Assembly: GCA_965199855.1 (NCBI GenBank)
Contig: OZ241326.1
Location: forward strand, 1,664,001-1,728,000
Source: a bacterium
GTDB lineage: Bacteria > UBA8248
DNA length: 64,000 nt
Direction: 5' to 3'
This document shows, in pieces, positions 38,263 through 47,210 of this stretch; the first letter of the stretch is position 1, and each line of letters begins with the position of its first letter. The notes under the pieces were generated by a model. It did not search any database, was not told the DNA's origin, and was given only the letters and a program-made list of their open reading frames with translations. A program made the position numbers and the translations under genes.

Positions 38263-41200
38263 CTATCCGCTCTGGCCGCGAATGATGCTGGCGAGCTGGC
38301 GGATGATGGCGACGGAGATGGCGGGATGATCGTGGATCAGCTGCAAAAGCGGCTCTTTCTCGATGCCCAGCAGGGAGGCGTCCTTGCTGGCGCGCGCGCC
38401 CGCGCTTCTGCCTTCTTCGCCGAACAGTGCGATTTCTCCGAACGAGGTGGGCGGGCCGAGCGTGGCCAGTATCCTCGGCTCCCCGCTCGTCCGGCTCTGC
38501 GTGATCTCGATTTCCCCGTCCACGATGACGTAGAGGTAGTCGCAGGGGTCTCCCTGCTCGAAAAGAATTTTTCCCGCCGGCGCCTGGATTTCCCGCGAAA
38601 TGTTGCTCAGGATTTTGAGCTGCTCCGCGCTCATCGCCTCGAACATGTTGACGCCTTTGAGGAACAGGGCCTTTTCAATGGTCGAGAGCATGGCTTTCTC
38701 CTGTCGGGATGAGGTTTCTCCGGGCCTTCCGCGCCGGCCGAGCCCGCGGCGCGCCTGAATCCGCACCATTTCGCTTTCGTCATTCTTCGCGGCTCTCAAA
38801 GCCGCTTCAACGGCTTCTTCGTCCTGCAGGACGCCCGCCAGGGCGGCGACGGCGGCCTCGCGGATGAAGGGATCCTCATGCGAGGCGCGCGCCCCGAAGC
38901 GGGCGATCCACGCCGCCGCCGTCTCATGCGCCGCGCCCGCGAGGTATTTTCCCGCCGCGTCGATGGCGATGGCCTGAAGCCAGGCGTTGTCGGAATTCGC
39001 GTATGTCTCCAGCGCCTCGTCGATGGATGCGTCGGGTATTTCCCAGAGTTTTCTGCCCTCCGAGATTTTCTCCTCGGTCGATCTGCCCAGAAGCAGGGGC
39101 TCGAGAGCGAGGATGAGGATCCTCGCGCCGCCGGCGGAGGAGAAATCCGAGAGCGTCTCGATGGCGATCGCCCTTGATGAAGAAGAGCCGCCCCGGGCGA
39201 TGGATTCCGCCACGGTGTCCACCGTCTTCTCGTCTCCAATCACCCCCAGAAGATCCAGCAGCACCAGCTGCCTCTCTTCCACGGCGTCGCCCAGCGCCTT
39301 TCGCAGCATCGTGAAGGGGGCGGCGTTTTCCTGGCGTTCGATGGCGCGGAGATGGCTGATGACGGCATACGTCTCCTTGAGGCGCTCCACGGCGAACGAG
39401 GAGAGCGCCTCGACGATTTCCGCCGCGCCCATCTCCCGCTCGTCGCTTTTGGCGCTTTTGAGCAGAAGCGGCGCGAGAAACGAAGCCACGCCGGAGCCTT
39501 CGAGGGAGAGAGTTCCTTTTCGCTTCATCTTCTTCAGGGAATCGACGGCCTGGCTTCGCACCAGCGCGTCGGCGTCCGAGAGGGCGCGCAGGGCGCGCTC
39601 GAAGTTCTCCCTCGTTCCCCTCTCGCCGAGCTGCCGCACGCCCCTGCGCCGAATCGCCGCGCTCCTGTCCGCCGTGGCCGCGCGGAGGACTTCCTCCATC
39701 TTCTCCTCGTCCACGCCCTGGTTCATGGCCAGGGCCGCGATGGCCTCCAGGGCGGCTCCGCGGACCCTTTCCTCCTCCTGATGGAGATAGGGAATCAGCC
39801 GTCTGATGAACCGCGGGTTCCGGAGTTCTCCGATGCACCGCAGAGCGCAGACCCTGGCCGCCTCGTCTTCCTCGCTGAGCATCCGGTGCAGCGTTTGCAG
39901 GCCGTTGGCGAGCCAGAAGAGGTCGTCCGATCGCACGAGCAGCCGAATGGCGCGCGCCCTCGCTTCCGGGGAGCGGCTCTCCAGGCATTGGTGAACCAGG
40001 TCCGCCATCTCCTCGGTCAGCCCGACGGCTTCGGCCGCGTCCATGGCGGCGCATTGAACGGCCGGGTCTTCCGCCGCCAGGTATTCCGCGACCACGCTCC
40101 GCATTTTTTCGCTTTCCTTCGCCTCGGGCGCCCCGGCGAGGATTTTCAGCAGCCCGGCGGCCGCCTCCCCCCTTCTCCTGGGAATTTCCGCGAGAATCGC
40201 CTCGAACGCCTCGCCCCCGCCGGCGTCGGCCATCATCCGGGCGGCGAAGACGCAGGAGTCGTCATCCCCTTCGCGCACGTTCTTTTTCAGCATCGCCGCG
40301 CTGTCGGCGTCGATCGGGCCGAAGCCCTCCCGCGCGTAGCGATAGAGGCCCAGGCTCCGCTCCTCGAGCATCCTCCGCAGGGCGGCGCCGTATTCGCGGC
40401 GCACGAAGAAGCCGGCGGCGAGGTAGGCGAGGGCGATGAAAAGAGAGATGAGCGCCACTTGGCCGGGGCTCAGGGGGAAGAGGGCGAGGCCGGTCGGCTT
40501 GATGACGAGCAGGGCTGCGCCGCTGACGATGCTGGCCACGGCCACCACCTGCCCCGCGACGAACGCGCCGACCCGCGCGCGAATGGCCGGGGAGACCGCG
40601 TTGTAGAGCAGGGCGTTGATGGCGTTTCGGATGGACTCCTGAAGGTTCTTGTTGTTGAAGCGCAGGAAGACGGCCGAATAGAAGCCCGGCGAAATCGCCA
40701 TGCCGAGGAGTCCGACGATCGTGGTGAGCGGATAGATGAGGTTCGCCGTGCCCAGACCGAGCCGCTTGATGACGCGCGGGGTGATGAACGTTTGAACGAG
40801 AAGGGAGAAGGCGCTGCCGATGGCGGTGAAATACCCGAGGAACGAGGCGAGTTGCGCGCGATCCGGGAACGCTTCCCGGAAAACGAGGCTGTATTGAAAA
40901 TCCTGAAAACTTCTGAGGATGACCACGAGAAAGCTGAACAGGGCGAACGCGCAGACGTATCCATTCGTCCTGAGCAGCGTCAGATTCCCTTCTTTCGAGG
41001 CCGTTTTCGTCCTTTTGCGCTTTCGCGGCCCCGCGTCCTCGATGAGGTGCTCCCGAAGGCGCCATTCGGCGTATTGCACCGCCCCGATGCTGACGATGAT
41101 GGCGCCGATCCACACGTAGAGCAGATTCGTGACGCTTCCCAGGACGGGGATGAGCGCCGGGATGGACAGCCCCCCCAGGATGCCGCCGCAGCGTCCCCCC

Positions 41201-41673
41201 GTCAGGATGAGCGGAACCAGCCGCTTCGATTGCAGGACGTCGAGATATTGGCCGTAGAGGGCGCGGAAGTTGTTCGGCAGCATGTTCGTGAACATGACGA
41301 ACAGCGTGTGCAGGAGCGGAAATGCGATGGGCATCGCATAGGCGCGCACGTCGGCGAAGACGAGCAGCTGGATGCCGAGGATGAGCGCGATGAAGAAGGC
41401 CAGAACGGTCTTGAACATCGCGGGGATGGACAGTTTTTCGGTCAGCGAGGAATAGAAGGAGCTGATGAGGATGATGACGAGGGCGTTGAAGATATACATG
41501 TAGGGCAGGAAGCCCGGCCCGACCTCGGAGAGGAACAGCGCCTCGGACGCGGCGAGGCCGATGGAGAACTGCACTCCGATCAGAAAATAGAACAGGAAGA
41601 ACACGGAGAAAACGAGGATTTCTTCCCGCTGGATGTCGAACGCTTTTTTGAGGAGCCTGGCCATGTTGCTCAC
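38263..41673 (-). CDS. NTT/TLC-like nucleotide transporter domain + HEAT repeats + cyclic-nucleotide-binding domain
   Basis: About 12 TM with ALFLSEVGPGFLPYMYI, DVLQSKRLVPLI, DFQY and RLGLG; central HEAT repeats (DPAVQCAA, EERVRGAA, DALVRSQA, DPFIREAA); C-terminal LFEQGD...YVIVDGEI...FGEIAL...RSA cNMP domain. Confidence 0.82.
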   Translation of the reverse strand: MSNMARLLKKAFDIQREEILVFSVFFLFYFLIGVQFSIGLAASEALFLSEVGPGFLPYMYIFNALVIILISSFYSSLTEKLSIPAMFKTVLAFFIALILGIQLLVFADVRAYAMPIAFPLLHTLFVMFTNMLPNNFRALYGQYLDVLQSKRLVPLILTGGRCGGILGGLSIPALIPVLGSVTNLLYVWIGAIIVSIGAVQYAEWRLREHLIEDAGPRKRKRTKTASKEGNLTLLRTNGYVCAFALFSFLVVILRSFQDFQYSLVFREAFPDRAQLASFLGYFTAIGSAFSLLVQTFITPRVIKRLGLGTANLIYPLTTIVGLLGMAISPGFYSAVFLRFNNKNLQESIRNAINALLYNAVSPAIRARVGAFVAGQVVAVASIVSGAALLVIKPTGLALFPLSPGQVALISLFIALAYLAAGFFVRREYGAALRRMLEERSLGLYRYAREGFGPIDADSAAMLKKNVREGDDDSCVFAARMMADAGGGEAFEAILAEIPRRRGEAAAGLLKILAGAPEAKESEKMRSVVAEYLAAEDPAVQCAAMDAAEAVGLTEEMADLVHQCLESRSPEARARAIRLLVRSDDLFWLANGLQTLHRMLSEEDEAARVCALRCIGELRNPRFIRRLIPYLHQEEERVRGAALEAIAALAMNQGVDEEKMEEVLRAATADRSAAIRRRGVRQLGERGTRENFERALRALSDADALVRSQAVDSLKKMKRKGTLSLEGSGVASFLAPLLLKSAKSDEREMGAAEIVEALSSFAVERLKETYAVISHLRAIERQENAAPFTMLRKALGDAVEERQLVLLDLLGVIGDEKTVDTVAESIARGGSSSSRAIAIETLSDFSSAGGARILILALEPLLLGRSTEEKISEGRKLWEIPDASIDEALETYANSDNAWLQAIAIDAAGKYLAGAAHETAAAWIARFGARASHEDPFIREAAVAALAGVLQDEEAVEAALRAAKNDESEMVRIQARRGLGRRGRPGETSSRQEKAMLSTIEKALFLKGVNMFEAMSAEQLKILSNISREIQAPAGKILFEQGDPCDYLYVIVDGEIEITQSRTSGEPRILATLGPPTSFGEIALFGEEGRSAGARASKDASLLGIEKEPLLQLIHDHPAISVAIIRQLASIIRGQSG

Positions 41674-41751
41674 TTGCGGAGCGAGACGCGCGCGCGCCTC
41701 GCCCTCGGGGGCGCGCGGGATGGGAGCGGTAGAGAATGCCCGGATTCTAGC

Positions 41752-43389
41752 CTAGAATTTTCGGGATTTCCAGGAATAGAACGCGAGGGCGTCCTCCGCC
41801 CACTGCGCGCAGTTTTCGCTGAAGCGCCGCCAGCGGCTGTTGGCGCACTGGGCGCGAACGGGGTCGGCGTTTCCCTCAGCGATCAGGCCGCTCAGGGGCG
41901 AGAGGTCGAATTCGGCGCGCACCGGCGTTCTGCCGCGCGCCTCGGCGTTGAGGAGGGACAAGAAGCGCGCGAACGCATGGAAGGCGCCGCGAATTTTCTC
42001 GCACAGCCGCTCCGCGCCTCCCGCGTATGCTACCAGGGGGGGAACCAGGGGAGCGTAGCGGTTGAGCTCCATGCCGCCTTCCGTGCGGTTCGTGATGCTG
42101 TCCACGCCGACGACGCCGATGGAATCGTCTGAAAATTCAATCGGGAACAGTCTGGCGTAGAGCGCCTCCACAACCGGGCCCGCGCGGCTGAGCCGAAGAT
42201 GAACGCGGACGCTGAACAGGCCGAAGTCGATCCAGTCGCATACCAGCGGAAGGTAGCGGACGCCGAACAGCTGCTCGTAGTTTTCGATGGCGTCCGCCAG
42301 AAGGCGGATGGCGTCCTTTCGGGGGCGGGAGGCTTCGCGCAGGCGGGTGCCGAGTCCGGGCGCGCAGTCGCGGAGCGTTCGCCGCAGGGCGTCCGGAGAG
42401 GCCGCGCCGGACGCCGAAGGGGCGGCTTCCCGGGTCTTGACGTAGGCTTCCGAGGTGGCCGGGCTGGCGCGGAAGCGGCGCATGAGCCAGTCCAGCGCCC
42501 GGAGGTGGTCGCCGTTTTCCGCGTCGAGCGAGAGGGGAAGGGGCATCGCGCTCTCCGCGGCGACGCCGAGTCTGCTCAAATCCGGAAGCCCGAACCCGTC
42601 GGGATGCGCGTCCAGGCGGAAGCATCCGCGCCCGCCGCCCCCTTCCTGGGGCTTGATGAAGAAGGTTGCGGCTCCCCACCGCTTCGCCAGGGCGGACGCG
42701 GTATCCAGAATGGCGGCGGCCGCGGCCTCAGGCCCTCCTCCGTTCAATTCCACCACCTCGTATCTGGCCGTCAGGCGGCTCCCCCGGCCGTCCTCTGCGG
42801 CGCCTCGCCCGTTCGCGCCGCTTCCGTTCAGAAGTTGATAGGTGGTTTTCTTGTTGGACAGCGGGCCGCCGGGGGCGGTGAGCGGCCCCGGCACGACGAC
42901 GACCCCCCGCGCCTCCAGCACCTGGGCCAGGCTCGCGTCGTAGAGGCTTCGCTGGGCGGCCTGGCTGATGACGAGAAGCTCTCCGGGCGCCTTGGCGGCG
43001 CGCGCCAGAAGCTCTTCGCGCCGGTTCAGCGCCTTGACGGGGATGGAAAGCCCCAGGCGGCTCAGATGCGCGCTCATCACCCGCGCCGTCTCCGCCGTGA
43101 GGGGCAGCCGGCTCGGGGAGCCGTCCAGCAGGAGGATTTCTCCCGGACGCCGACCGGGCGCTTCTTCCCGCTGAATGCGGAGGTCGGTGAATCGGGCGTC
43201 CCGGGACGCCCATTGGTTGAGGCGATCGATCAGGGTCTCGTTCAAATCGCCGGCGTTCGAGTCGAATTCCCGGCTCACGCGGCGCAAATCCCAGACGCCG
43301 CCGCTCGCGTCGGGCGTGAGCCCGTAGAGAGAAGGCTCCCGGTCGATGAGCGCGTGGTGGGCGCGGGCTGGGGTTTTCCGTCGGGCCAC
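41752..43389 (-). CDS. hypothetical protein with a divergent ATP-grasp-like core
   Basis: LSNKKTTYQLL and FFIKPQEGGGGRGCFRL resemble ATP-grasp B-domain motifs; late EFDL...IAEGNADP resembles the D...ExN metal site. GTG start at 43389 is inferred. Confidence 0.55.
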   Translation of the reverse strand: MARRKTPARAHHALIDREPSLYGLTPDASGGVWDLRRVSREFDSNAGDLNETLIDRLNQWASRDARFTDLRIQREEAPGRRPGEILLLDGSPSRLPLTAETARVMSAHLSRLGLSIPVKALNRREELLARAAKAPGELLVISQAAQRSLYDASLAQVLEARGVVVVPGPLTAPGGPLSNKKTTYQLLNGSGANGRGAAEDGRGSRLTARYEVVELNGGGPEAAAAAILDTASALAKRWGAATFFIKPQEGGGGRGCFRLDAHPDGFGLPDLSRLGVAAESAMPLPLSLDAENGDHLRALDWLMRRFRASPATSEAYVKTREAAPSASGAASPDALRRTLRDCAPGLGTRLREASRPRKDAIRLLADAIENYEQLFGVRYLPLVCDWIDFGLFSVRVHLRLSRAGPVVEALYARLFPIEFSDDSIGVVGVDSITNRTEGGMELNRYAPLVPPLVAYAGGAERLCEKIRGAFHAFARFLSLLNAEARGRTPVRAEFDLSPLSGLIAEGNADPVRAQCANSRWRRFSENCAQWAEDALAFYSWKSRKF

Positions 43390-43406
43390 GGCTTCGCTTC
43401 GGATTC

Positions 43407-44576
43407 CTAGATCGTGACTTTGCGCTGGCGCATGAAGTGCTTGACCACCCAATCCGCGATCGCGCCGCCCACGGCCTTCTCGCCGGCGAGGGAGGAGGGG
43501 CTCGGCTCCATGCAGCTCAGGGCGCGTATCCCCGTCATGCGGCGCGCCTCCTCGCGCGCGTCCTCTTCGTTGGCGAGTCTGCCGGAGATGAGCATATTCT
43601 CCTCCTCCACCGCCAGATGGCTGCGGATCCAGTGGACGATGAGCGTCGATTCCAGCGTATCACACGCGCAGACGACCAGGCCCCTGCGCGCGAGCCAGTC
43701 CTTGAGCCAGGGGTCGCTCGCCACGTGAAGGCTGGCGTCCGAACAGGGAGAGTCCGCCAGTTCCGCGATGACGATCTCTCCCTTCGCGCAGGCGTGGCGA
43801 AGCAGGTTCCGCGCGCATCGCCTGGCTTCGTTCCTGAAGACGGCGCAGGTGGAGGGCAGGCCCACGTCCACGAAATCCCACCCGAGTCGCGTGGAATCGA
43901 AAAACCCCAGCTGTCTTCCGTAGTTCACCTGCATCAGATCCCGCATCCGTCCCGTCCCGGTGAGCTTCGCGTATGAGGCGCGGATGCCCGAGGAGTGCAG
44001 GGAGGAGGCGAGAGAGGACGCGCAGGTCGTCTTGCCTACGTCCATCTCGGAGCCGGCGATGAGGACGATGGGCGCGCGCGGGATTCCCTCTTCATCGACG
44101 GGGCATCGGGTGTCGGGGATGACGGGCAGACGGGAGAGCCGGGCGGGCTTCCCGCGCAGCGGGACGCTTCCCTTCACCTCGATTTTCACGCACGGGGCCT
44201 GCGGGCTCCCGCACAGGCCGGAGACGCCGCCAACGTTCAGAAGATCCAGCGCGTCGCCCGGCATGACGGGCGCGTCCGGCTCCCGGCCCGAAATGCTCCG
44301 GTTCGCATACCGCCCGCCGATGGCGACGGCCACGCTCATTTTTTCGCGCAGGCGCACCTCGCTCGTCTTCCACGCTCCCTGCGTTCCGGGGAGGGGCTCC
44401 AGTATCTCCAGGCGATTGACGGGCGCGTTTTCGGGCGCGTCGGTAATCTCGCCCAAGGCGATGCCGCCGGGGGGAACGGGCTGCGGGTCGGACGTGAAAT
44501 CCGCCTGAAACGCATACGGGCTTTCCGGCGAGAGGAACAGGCCGCGGGCGGTGGATGCGAAAAAATCTACTTTCAA
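43407..44576 (-). CDS. DUF1611 (DgcN)-like P-loop protein
   Basis: IGGRYA, LDLLNVGGVSG, AGSEMDVGKTT P-loop, KLTGTG, DFVDVGLPST, ELAD, ISG; TTG start overlaps the upstream stop (TTGA). Confidence 0.7.
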   Translation of the reverse strand: MKVDFFASTARGLFLSPESPYAFQADFTSDPQPVPPGGIALGEITDAPENAPVNRLEILEPLPGTQGAWKTSEVRLREKMSVAVAIGGRYANRSISGREPDAPVMPGDALDLLNVGGVSGLCGSPQAPCVKIEVKGSVPLRGKPARLSRLPVIPDTRCPVDEEGIPRAPIVLIAGSEMDVGKTTCASSLASSLHSSGIRASYAKLTGTGRMRDLMQVNYGRQLGFFDSTRLGWDFVDVGLPSTCAVFRNEARRCARNLLRHACAKGEIVIAELADSPCSDASLHVASDPWLKDWLARRGLVVCACDTLESTLIVHWIRSHLAVEEENMLISGRLANEEDAREEARRMTGIRALSCMEPSPSSLAGEKAVGGAIADWVVKHFMRQRKVTI

Positions 44577-46033
44577 CGCTTCTCCATGTCCCGGGAAGGC
44601 GAAAGAGCGAGATGCCGAGTGAACGCATCTATCATTTCGCGCGCGGAGGAGGATATCTGCGCCTCCCCTCCTTCATGGATGGAGGAAATCCCCTCCAGCT
44701 TGCAGAACGCCCCCCTCGGCTCCACTATCGCCCCTTTCGCCGGGGGAGAGCAAGTGACGAGAACCTCATCGCGCTCCCGAACCTCGTGCAGGCGGGAGCC
44801 TCGCCGGATGAATTCGAGGCTCCCGTTTCTGATGGCGTATACGCCGGGCGTCAGCGAGCGGCCGACCCTCACGCGCGCCGCGCTCGTGTTGCGAAGGATC
44901 AGCTGAAAGCCTGAGAGCTCCGGCTTGTCGAGGTCGGCGAGCAGGCCCCGGCGCTCGTCCATGGAGGCGCCCGGGTCGAGAAATTCGGCCAGATGCCAGT
45001 AGGTGGTGGGGGGGGCGCCGCCGCCCTGGATTTCCTCGAGCTCGGTCATCAGCTGCGTGGTTCCGAGCACGCGCGGGTTCAGCTCCAGGGCGTAGGGCCT
45101 GTCTTGGTGGACGATGAAATCGACGCCGTATATTCCCCGGTAGCCCGCGCCGGCTATCCACTCTCCGATTTTCAGGGTGGCTTCCTCGATTTTCCGCCGA
45201 CTCGCCGGAGAAACCCGCCGCCGATACGCCGCGTAGTCGCTGCCGGCGTAGTCGAAGCGGTGCATGGAGCAGCCGGGAATCCCGGTGAACATCACCGAGG
45301 GGTGGGACATCCAGGGCTTTCCGCCGCGAACGACTCCCGCCGCGCCGACGGCGGGGCCCTCTAGGAATTTGCTCGCTATCACGAGGGCGTCTCGCCCCAG
45401 TTTCTCGATGAGTTCGGCCCGCTTGCGCGAGAGTGCCCCGGGTGAGCCGATGAGGTGCGTCTGGTTGCCCGAGGAGCCGATGCGCTCGGAGACGATCATC
45501 GAGGGCCCGAATTCCTCAAGCTGCCTCGCGCCCAGCTCGCCCAGCGCCGTCGCTTCGCCCGGGGGAACGTCGAGACCGGCTTCGACGGCGCGGAGGCGAA
45601 ACGCTATCTTGTCGTCGAAGCGGGTTTTGATCTTCACCGGATTCGCCAGGACGCGGAGCCCGCCCCCGGCCCGCTCCGCGAGTTCGGCGAGAAATTCCGT
45701 GGAGCGATAGGGGATGACGCATCGCGGGCCCTCTCCTCGCGAGAGGTATTCCCGAATCTCCCGTCCCAGCGCGCCCGCGTATGCCTCCACCAGGGAGGCG
45801 TGCGTCCAGACGATGCGCCTGTTTTGGCCGCGCTCCACGGCGAAGTAGCGCAGGCGTCCGTCCCATTCGGGGCCGTCCAGTCCGTAGTCGCAGGCGATGA
45901 GAAAATCGAGGGGAACGATGTTCTCCACCGTGATGGAATCCGCCGCGCGCAGTCCCTGGAAGCCGAACGTCGCGCCCTCCGGAACGGCGGCGCGCAGCCT
46001 GTCGTAAAGCTCTTCTTTCGCGGGCCGGGCCAA
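44573..46033 (-). CDS. ATP-grasp amino-acid/peptide ligase (PGM1-like)
   Basis: FDDKIAFR, GSSGNQTHLI, IASKFLEG, YAGSDY, GYRGIYGVDFIV...ALELNPR; AAGGA RBS before TTG. Confidence 0.8.
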   Translation of the reverse strand: MARPAKEELYDRLRAAVPEGATFGFQGLRAADSITVENIVPLDFLIACDYGLDGPEWDGRLRYFAVERGQNRRIVWTHASLVEAYAGALGREIREYLSRGEGPRCVIPYRSTEFLAELAERAGGGLRVLANPVKIKTRFDDKIAFRLRAVEAGLDVPPGEATALGELGARQLEEFGPSMIVSERIGSSGNQTHLIGSPGALSRKRAELIEKLGRDALVIASKFLEGPAVGAAGVVRGGKPWMSHPSVMFTGIPGCSMHRFDYAGSDYAAYRRRVSPASRRKIEEATLKIGEWIAGAGYRGIYGVDFIVHQDRPYALELNPRVLGTTQLMTELEEIQGGGAPPTTYWHLAEFLDPGASMDERRGLLADLDKPELSGFQLILRNTSAARVRVGRSLTPGVYAIRNGSLEFIRRGSRLHEVRERDEVLVTCSPPAKGAIVEPRGAFCKLEGISSIHEGGEAQISSSAREMIDAFTRHLALSPSRDMEKR

Positions 46034-46265
46034 AAGGCGCGTTCCTTCGTCGGGAGATCGCCCGGAACGTCGGGGCGGCGGAAACGGCTGATTCTAATCC
46101 GGCGGCTTCGCCGCATCAAACGGCGCCCCGATGGTTCGCGGCGGGGGAGGACTCCGGGTGGGGGCTTCCGCGCCGCGCCGCGCCCTGTGATAGGATGCGC
46201 GGCGAACCATTTCCAGGAGCGCGGCGGCGAGGCGCGGAAGCTCGCGAACGCCGGGAGAGGGGCGA

Positions 46266-47180
46266 ATGCCGGAAACGGCTCTTGAGGCGGATGAATGCTC
46301 GGTGATCCCGGCGTCGGAGTCCGGAGGGGAGAAATTCCGGCGAAGCCTGATGCGCTCCAAGCCGGCGGTGCTCGGCGGTGCCTTCCTCGTTCTGCTCGTT
46401 CTCGTTTCTCTCGCCGCTCCCCTCATCGCGCCGCAAAACCCGAAGAAGGTGGACGTGCGCCTGCGCCTCAAGCCTCCCGCGTGGGCGGAGGGGGGAAACG
46501 CGAGCCATCTGCTGGGAACCGACGCGCTGGGCCGCGACGTCCTGAGCCGGCTCATGTACGGCGGGCGCGTCTCCATCGTGGTGGGCCTGAGTTCGGTGGT
46601 GATTTCGGGGGCGATCGGGGTCGTCCTCGGCCTCGTTTCCGGCTTTTTCGGCGGAAAGCTGGACGACCTCATCAGCGGATTCTCCGAAATTCAGCTGGCG
46701 TTTCCCTTCATCCTTCTGGCCATCACCATCATGGCGGTCATCGGGCCGGGGCTGCTCAACATCATTCTGGTGCTGGGCGTCAGCCGGTGGGTGGCATACG
46801 GCCGGGTGGTGAGGGGGCAGGTCATCTCGATTCGGGAGCGCGAATTCATCGAGGCCGCCCGCGCCCTGGGCTACCCTCTCCATCGCGTCCTGTTCATGCA
46901 GGTGCTGCCCAACGCGCTCTCCCCGCTCATCGTCATCGCCACGTTCGCCGTGGCGGGAAACATCATTTCCGAATCCTCGCTGAGCTTCCTGGGGCTCGGC
47001 GTTCCGCCCTCGGTCGTCACCTGGGGGGGAATGCTCTCCGAGGGGCGCGAGTATCTTCGCGGCGCCTGGTGGATGGCGACTTTCCCGGGGTTCGCCATCA
47101 TGGCGACGGTCCTGAGCATCAACCTGCTCGGCGACTGGCTGAGGGACTACATGGACCCCCGCCTCGGCGACGATTTGTAG
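46266..47180 (+). CDS. peptide/nickel ABC transporter permease (DppC/OppC-like)
   Basis: LLGTDALGRDVLSRLMYGGRVS, EFIEAARALG EAA loop, LSFLGLG, WGGMLSEG, GDWLRDYMDPR. Confidence 0.93.
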   Translation: MPETALEADECSVIPASESGGEKFRRSLMRSKPAVLGGAFLVLLVLVSLAAPLIAPQNPKKVDVRLRLKPPAWAEGGNASHLLGTDALGRDVLSRLMYGGRVSIVVGLSSVVISGAIGVVLGLVSGFFGGKLDDLISGFSEIQLAFPFILLAITIMAVIGPGLLNIILVLGVSRWVAYGRVVRGQVISIREREFIEAARALGYPLHRVLFMQVLPNALSPLIVIATFAVAGNIISESSLSFLGLGVPPSVVTWGGMLSEGREYLRGAWWMATFPGFAIMATVLSINLLGDWLRDYMDPRLGDDL

Positions 47181-47210
47181 GCTCTTTTCGCTTTCTCGGA
47201 GAAGGACGCG

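Noticed and set aside
43390-46265. RiPP (graspetide) precursor peptide next to the ATP-grasp genes
   Set aside because: The genes abut or overlap, and I found no short ORF with repeated core motifs in the 46034-46265 or 41674-41751 gaps.
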